From NCBI RefSeq assembly GCF_009914755.1, contig NC_060939.1: a stretch of DNA of 64,000 bases; one strand, 5' to 3'. Position numbers and translations under genes: made by a program. The DNA is from the human T2T-CHM13v2.0 reference genome, Homo sapiens. Under the pieces are notes generated by a model. It had not been told where the DNA came from, did no database searches, and worked only from the letters and a program-made list of their open reading frames with translations. Positions 57,156 through 64,000 of this stretch are shown here, one piece after another (within the stretch, counting starts at the first letter, position 1; each line of letters starts with the position of its first letter).

Positions 57156-58709
57156 TATATATACACATCCCTCTTTTAAAGTCAGTAATTGAGATCAGCA
57201 ATATATATGAGGCACAAGGAACACAGAAAAGCAATCATATGAGAGGGAAAAAGAGAAAGCCAGGATTAAAGGGGCATAGCTCTTTTGCCCCCTTTTCTGG
57301 GAATTTGTTAAGTACAACCACTGAAAGAAGCAGGACTCTCCCTGGCTGGAGGACTAGAGAGTGAGCAGGAACTTTGGCCAGGACGTTGGAAATACCCTCC
57401 TGGGGGCACGTGACCTGAGATGGTTGAGGAGCGGTTGGGTGCTGCATGCATGTGAGGCCGGTGCCTGCCAGGGAGCGTGAGGATGAAGACAGGTTGCCCA
57501 AGCCTGGAGAGGCCCACTGTCTGCAGGGCAAGCATTCAGAGAGCACACCAGCACACCATCCTCGCATTTGGCTGCGAGCAAGGCAAATGAAGACACAGGA
57601 CAGTGTGGAGGGCTCTGCATGCTGGGCTGTAGTTTGGACTTGGAAACAGATGAAATGAAAGCTGTAGTCACTTCCCTTTTTGCCTTTTAAAAAATATATG
57701 TTCAGGGGAAAAAACACATGTCAGAAATGGAGTCATTTGAAGCTAAGTGTCACCCATCTCGGAATAATTGTCCGCCAGCACTAGATTTTACAAAGTGATT
57801 GGTGGCACAGAGCACTCTTCCTGATGGACAACACTGGCCCGGCAGTGTAGGAGGGAACGCAGGCCACTGGCAGAGCAGCAGAGTCTGGGGTGGGCCGTGG
57901 CCTCTCCTCTGGCCCCAGTTCTTCAGTCGTGACACCTGGGGATATGTCCTTTCATCTCTTGGGCTCTCTGCATCCCCACCTTGAAGGGAGGACTGGATGG
58001 AATCCAAAGACTGATCACAGGCGGCTGTGTCTGTGTTTGCAGTTGTTCCTGGCAGGCAGACCACACTGGATGTGTCTTAGTCGTAATCTGGGGGCCTGGG
58101 CGTGATGAGCTCTTGTTCCTTCTACTGTGTAACTTGCACTAGAACCTAAGGAGGCCTCTCAACCAGGGTCCTTTTTTCAGCTGTCACCAAGGGTACAATT
58201 AATGGCACAAATCGGTTCTTCCCTATGACGCACTTTGTGTGAGATGCCTGGATAGCAAAGGCAACACTTGCACTGTGCGTTTTCCCTCCTGGATTCCAAT
58301 AGCTTTCCAGTTAGTTCATAGGTTTCAAGGGATTTGGATGGTGCAAAATGGAGGCCTTTTGGAAGAAATTAAAAATGCGAAGCCTGATAAGCGTAACCAC
58401 CATTCTTTTTTTTGTTTTTTTTTTTTTTTCCTCACTGGCTAATGCATTGTGTGTTTAAAAGGAGATTTGGCCCAACCCAGCCTCAAGCCATTATTTACTC
58501 AACCTTTGTTTTCTTTTTCTTTTTCTTTTTCTTTTTTGGTGGTTGTTGTTGTCGGCTCATTATAACCAACTGAACTCAGCCTTTCTTTAACATTTATTTT
58601 CTGTGTCTGTGCTCTGGACTTAAGTGAATACAAGATCTGAGAGAGATGACCCACCAGGGGTAGTGGTTTTCAAATTTTGGCAATGGGCCTGTTTTTCTTT
58701 AAACAAAAG

Positions 58710-59158
58710 ATTGGTTTTCTGAGACTATGCAACAACTTTACGCAAAAACTGTATTTTTGTCCACAAATTTGGTGACTTAGAACAACACAAGCTTATTATC
58801 TTATGGTTCTAAACACCATAAATCTGAAATCAAGCAGACCTGTGCTCCCTCCAGAAGCCAGGGGAGAATCCTTCCTTGCCTTTCCAGCTTCTGATAGATC
58901 CAGGCGTTCCTTGGTCTGTGACTGTGTAACTCATGTCTGTGGCTTTACTGGCATCCTCTGCTCCCCTTCTCTCTTTTCTGTGTGTCTATTATAAGGACAC
59001 TTGGATTTATGGGCCCACTAAGGTAGCCCAGGATGATCTCATCTCAAGATCCTTAACTTAATTACATCTGCAAAGACCCTTTTTCCAAATAAGGTCTCAT
59101 TCACAGGTTCCAGGACATAGACATATTTTTTTTGAGGATCGTCATTCAACCCAGTACA
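58710..59158 (-). mobile_element. MLT1B/C MaLR LTR
   Basis: GGGGAGAATCCTTCCTTGCC...GATCCTTAACTTAATTACATCTGCAAAGACCCTTTTTCCAAATAAGGTC...ATTCAACCCAGTACA. Confidence 0.88.
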
Positions 59159-59861
59159 AAAACCTTACACGGGGCAGAAGAGAGAAAGGGGAGAGCTCTG
59201 CTTATATCATTATCACATTGTCAGGACCTTGACCTCCACACATTCAGATCCCACCCCTTTCCCCCATCCTTTGCCCGGTAAGCCATGCACCAAGGATCCA
59301 AATTTGAAAACCAGAGTTTTAGCAGAGAGAGCTTGGGAGACTTGGGAGTCAAAGGCCTACGCTGGGAAATGGGCCTGGAGTTTCCACAAGACCACTTGGC
59401 CTCTCGGTTTCATCATCTGTGAAAAATGAGATATTCAGGTCTACGCTACAGTGTTGACATAGAGTCTAAATGAGATCCTTAGTTCTTGGGTCATTTCCAG
59501 GGCTCGGTAGCATGAGTTTACTCTATCCTCATCCCACGACATTCTACCCCGTGGAAAAGGTGTTGAGATGTTATGGAAACACTTCTGACTTCACAGAAGG
59601 GTTGGTTCCTGAACCAGTGGACAAGAAAGTTAATTCTGGCTTTCAAAGAAAGCCAAGAGCTCTAGAATTGTAGGGTTCAGGTTTTCATCTTTTCCTTTGG
59701 CAGAAAAGAGAGCATTCTTCAAGCCTATTCAATTCTAAGTACCAAATGACAAGCCATATTAAACAGATCCCAGTGAGCTCCCCACATCCTTTCCTGCTTA
59801 CACCACAAGTGGACTGTGTGCCAAGCAAGGCTTTGAGATCAATTGCACTTCGGTGGCTTTT

Positions 59862-60077
59862 GAGTAGTTTCTCAACTCCATCTCATCTAGTGACATTTTA
59901 GAACGGATAATTATTTGTTGTGGGGACTGCCCTGTGCATTGCAGGTTCAGTGGCATTTTTGGCCTTTACTCACCAGATGCCAGCAGCAACCCCAGCCCAT
60001 TGTGACAAGCAAAACTGTCTTCAGACATGGCTCAGTGTTCCCTGGCGGGCAAAGTTGCCACTGGTTAAGAACCACTG
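59862..60077 (-). mobile_element. MER20 DNA transposon
   Basis: GGATAATTATTTGTTGTGGGGACTGCCCTGTGCATTGCAGG...GTTAAGAACCACTG. Confidence 0.85.
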
Positions 60078-60099
60078 CTTTAAGAGAACCTATGCTCGA

Positions 60100-60423
<324 letters not shown>

Positions 60424-61199
60424 TCATGTGTCAGAACTAAACAGTCATTTTCCTTATAATTTTTTTTAAAGGCCCAGTTGCTGCCTGCCCATTGCTGATG
60501 CAGGAAGTCTGAGCCATTCAGTTAACACCAACCCGAAAGATGCAGTCAGAGGCTGACTTTGCTTCCCTGCTGTGCACAATTTGTCTCTTCCCTCTCCTTC
60601 ATCTGCAAACAGAACCAGAAGTGATCTTCCAGAAGAATAAAGCTCATATTGTTTGTTCCAATTATGAGGATCGTTTCTCCAGTTCTGGTCTCAGGTGGGC
60701 CTTAAGGACCTCACCAGGTGATCTGCCCAGGTGAACGTGGTATGCCCTGAAGGTCTGCTATTTACCAGTCTGTCTTGTTACCTTTTTTAGAGGAGACATT
60801 CCTCAGCAATACCTGGCCTCCATTTTCCAGCCTGTGAGTTAGAACCCCGATGCTCAGATTTCTCTAGAGGAACACACTGCCTGCAAGGATGAGTTTTCCA
60901 GAAAAGCCATCTTCCAGGACAGAGACGCAGAGAAATTAAGCAACTCATGTTGATTCAGTCTGGGAATCTCGAGAGAGCTGACAAGCAGGGCGGGGGGGGT
61001 GGCCAGGAGCTGACATGGCTTTCTGGTAGGCAGCCCCACATCCTGCTTCCTCCCTGTGCTGAGTGTAATCACTTCTGCCCCTTCAGGAAAGTACTTCACA
61101 CCCGTGGCATAGAGCCAACAGTGAGGTGGATTCCGGGTCCTCTGGATGCCTGGGATGGTGAGATGCTTGAGAAAGTTTTGGCAGTTTGTTCAGACTTGG

Positions 61200-62400
61200 G
61201 GACTCTCCAGTCTGCCTTCCTATCACCCAGCAGGAATGCCCTTCCCTTCAACCCTGATACCTGGGCACTTGGCCTCCACCTGAATACCCTTGGTGGTGAG
61301 CAGCTCACTACCCCTCTGAAGACAGCCAGTCCCCCGTGCTCCATGTTCCTTGTCACCTGCTATCTTATGACTGCATCCTGAATCCGACTCTGGCTTCTGG
61401 AGGGAAACTTGGTGCTTAAGCTTTTATTCCCCATGACAGTGTTCCAGCCTTGCTGCCTGCTCATTGTGTTTTCTGGGGCTAAACTTCTCCAGTCCTTTAG
61501 TTATTACATGGCACGGCTTCTAGATCCTTACTTCTCCCAAAAGCCCCTCCAGGAGGTAATCCAGCATGGTATGGCCCCCTCTAAATGTCACATTCCAGAC
61601 TGACCACACTGGCAGCTGACTCTATGAGAATATGGGGGCTGCCCCTTTGTAACCCTGACTCTGTTAATGCCACGGAGGTTGCATGGGCATTTGGGATAAG
61701 TGCATCACTGGTGGGAACTCATGCTGAAGCTCCATTCCGCTGCAGCTCTTCCTGCCTTGATGAGCTCTTGCTCCATACCTTCCTCAGCCCATCCTAAAGT
61801 GCTTGCAGGCGAATGCTGGCTCCCTTTCAGACAGATAGTTTGGCCATGTTGAATCCTCAGTCTACCTCTAGTGTATGAATCTTCCCTCTCAAATGGGCAT
61901 AACATGCCAGTGTATCCATCCCACATGCAGAGAATGGGATAGGAGTGACCCTTTGGCACACTGGCCAAGACCTCCATCCTGCTCCACAGGACTTCACACA
62001 TCTGCTCCACGGCTTTGAGATGGTTCCGCCAGTTCTGTGTCTCAGCATCATGCATGGTTCCCTCTCTCATATAGTGAGTGAGTGTTTTTGTCCAGTCTGT
62101 ACTTGCCTCACAGTATAATGTGTTTATGACTTGTCTTCAATCTAATCAGCATCCTGTTCCTATCAGAAAACTGCAGAGGAAATGAAGTTGGTCTGGCGTG
62201 ACTTGTTCCTGCTAAACTCTGTCGACTTCTGACAGTGACAGCTCCCTGCTTGCAGAACACATAAATCCAGAGTTTAATAATCCATCCTTAGTTTTCACCA
62301 GGCTTCAAAATCAGCCGACTGTCATGTCAGCAAGCGGCCGTGTCCCCCTTAGTGATAAAATCAGGGTGAAATTTGCATTTGACTCACATCTTGACTGTTT
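61200..62400 (-). mobile_element. Degraded L3/CR1 LINE
   Basis: GCCTCCACCTGAATACCCTTGGTGGTGAGCAGCTCACTACC; GGAAATGAAGTTGGTCTGGCGTGACTTGTTC; extent approximate. Confidence 0.55.
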
Positions 62401-63099
62401 TCCACCGTTCGTCAAACAAAACCCATGGTGTAGGGGCCCCGCTGGAGGTGAGGTTGGAAAGGGGTGAGAATGCATCGGTTGCTTGCAGCTGGTGCCAACC
62501 TGGCTAGCACCTCTGCAGTCTGCCCTTCCCAGTCAGAACCTCAGGACACCAACCCTGCCTCTAGATAGGAGGGATTTCTGCTGATGGCAGCCTATGTTCT
62601 GCTGCATGTTCAGTACTTTCCCCGGATGCAGGACGTAGTTTTGATGTTAGGATTTCTGCTTTATCCTGGAACCCCAGCTCCCATCCCTATCTTGTGCCCT
62701 ATGCATGATCACTGAGTCTCTACTCATTTGCTCCTGCATGGGGCCTGGGCATGAATCCACGGATAGACAGTGCCCCAGGGACCTGCCGCTAGCCCACCCA
62801 CTCTGCCCCCAGAGCCTGATTCTCATTCTGCTGAGCCTCACTCTGGTGCTCACGGGCCTCCTTGGACACTGTACACCAGCACCGTACACCAGCCAGGGCA
62901 ATCCCCACCAGTCAGCACACACTCGGAGGGAGGCCCTGAGCCAGGTCCCCACCTGCACTCAGAGCCCCATCTGCCTGTAGTCGCACAGCCTGGCATGGAG
63001 TCAGGAAGCCTGTGAGGGTTTAAAATAGGGGATGAGTGTGATTTAATATGTTTTGGGAAGATGAACCGAGTCAAGTACGGACTGTATGAGATTGGGGAG

Positions 63100-63471
63100 T
63101 GTATTAGTCCATTCTCATGCTGCTAATAAAGACACACCTACAACTGCATAATTTATAAAGAAAAGAGATTTAATTCACTCACAGTTCAGGATGGCTGGGA
63201 AAGCATCAGGAAACTTACAATCATGGCAGAAGAAGAAGCAATCACTTCCTTCTTCACATGGTGGCAGGAGAGAGAAGTGCTGAACAAAATGGAGAAAAGC
63301 CCCGTATAAACCCATCAGAACTCGTGAGAACTCCCTATCGTGAGAACAGCATGAGGGTAACCACCCCCATTATTCAGTTACCTCCCATGGGGTCCCTCCC
63401 ACGACCCGTGGGAATTATGGGAGCTACAATTCAAGATGAGATTTGGGTGGGGACACAGCGAAACCATATCA
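63100..63471 (-). mobile_element. THE1 (THE1C-like) solo LTR with 5-bp TSD
   Basis: TGTATTAGTCC...AAACCATATCA flanked by GGGAG (63095-63099, 63472-63476). Confidence 0.95.
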
Positions 63472-64000
63472 GGGAGGTCCCTGATATGGGTCCTTCTATT
63501 ACCCTGTGGTTGGGGTAATAGCAGGCCTCCCTTCCCTTCTTGGGCTTTTCGGAGATGGTCATTTTTTTGACAGACACGGCGTGAGGACCTTCACTGATTA
63601 CCACAGACTCCCACAGAGTCATTTGCCCCGCCGTGTCCTCCTACAGGCGGGGGAGCCACCCTCAGAGGAGCTGGTGACCCTCCTACCTTGAACTGCACTG
63701 CTTCAGCCACACCAGTGAGGCAGGCATTCCCTGGCATGAGAAAGCGTCTGGCTCCCTCTGGTGACAAGAGGAAGCACCTGAGCCTTTGCCGCCATTTCCA
63801 CTGGTGGTGGAGCACGAGGTGAGGATGGATAAACTAAGGTCCAGAGATCCCCCACACTGTAGGTGCGGGGTGGAGTCCCAAGTAGAGGCCCCATGCCACT
63901 AAAGCTCAGTTCTGTCTCCCTCAGGACCCTGGGCTTCCCAGAGCCAGCAGGGATATGGCTCTGAGCAGGTTCTTCAGCACTCTGCAGGCGCTGGTTCCTT

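Overview
This is primate (human-like) non-coding genomic DNA, either intronic or intergenic. It is not prokaryotic. It is dense in interspersed repeats: about 12 Alu/FLAM copies, L1PA/L1MA/L1MC fragments, many old L2, MIR and L3/CR1 remnants, MaLR LTRs (THE1, MLT1), the DNA transposons MER5, MER20, MER33 and Tigger3, and several microsatellites. I found no recognisable cellular protein-coding exon, CpG island, RNA gene or CRISPR array, and I cannot name the locus. The only real protein homology in the ORF track is decayed L1 ORF2. The most unusual structures are: (1) a ~410-bp non-Alu inverted duplication (7209-7614 / 8390-8799, ~86% identity by manual alignment) with a perfect 45-bp tandem duplication next to it; (2) three atypical Alu structures: a tail-less, doubly truncated copy with an 11-bp flanking duplication, a copy with an inverted poly(A) tail, and a zero-spacer tail-to-tail pair; (3) a 5'-inverted (twin-primed) L1MA; (4) an 879-bp G/C-free TA tract; (5) a perfect 24-bp palindrome; (6) a possible recursive-splice motif. 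I found no evidence for a new biological system. Repeat families were recognised by eye from remembered consensus motifs. Subfamily calls and the boundaries of old elements are approximate and need RepeatMasker/Dfam.
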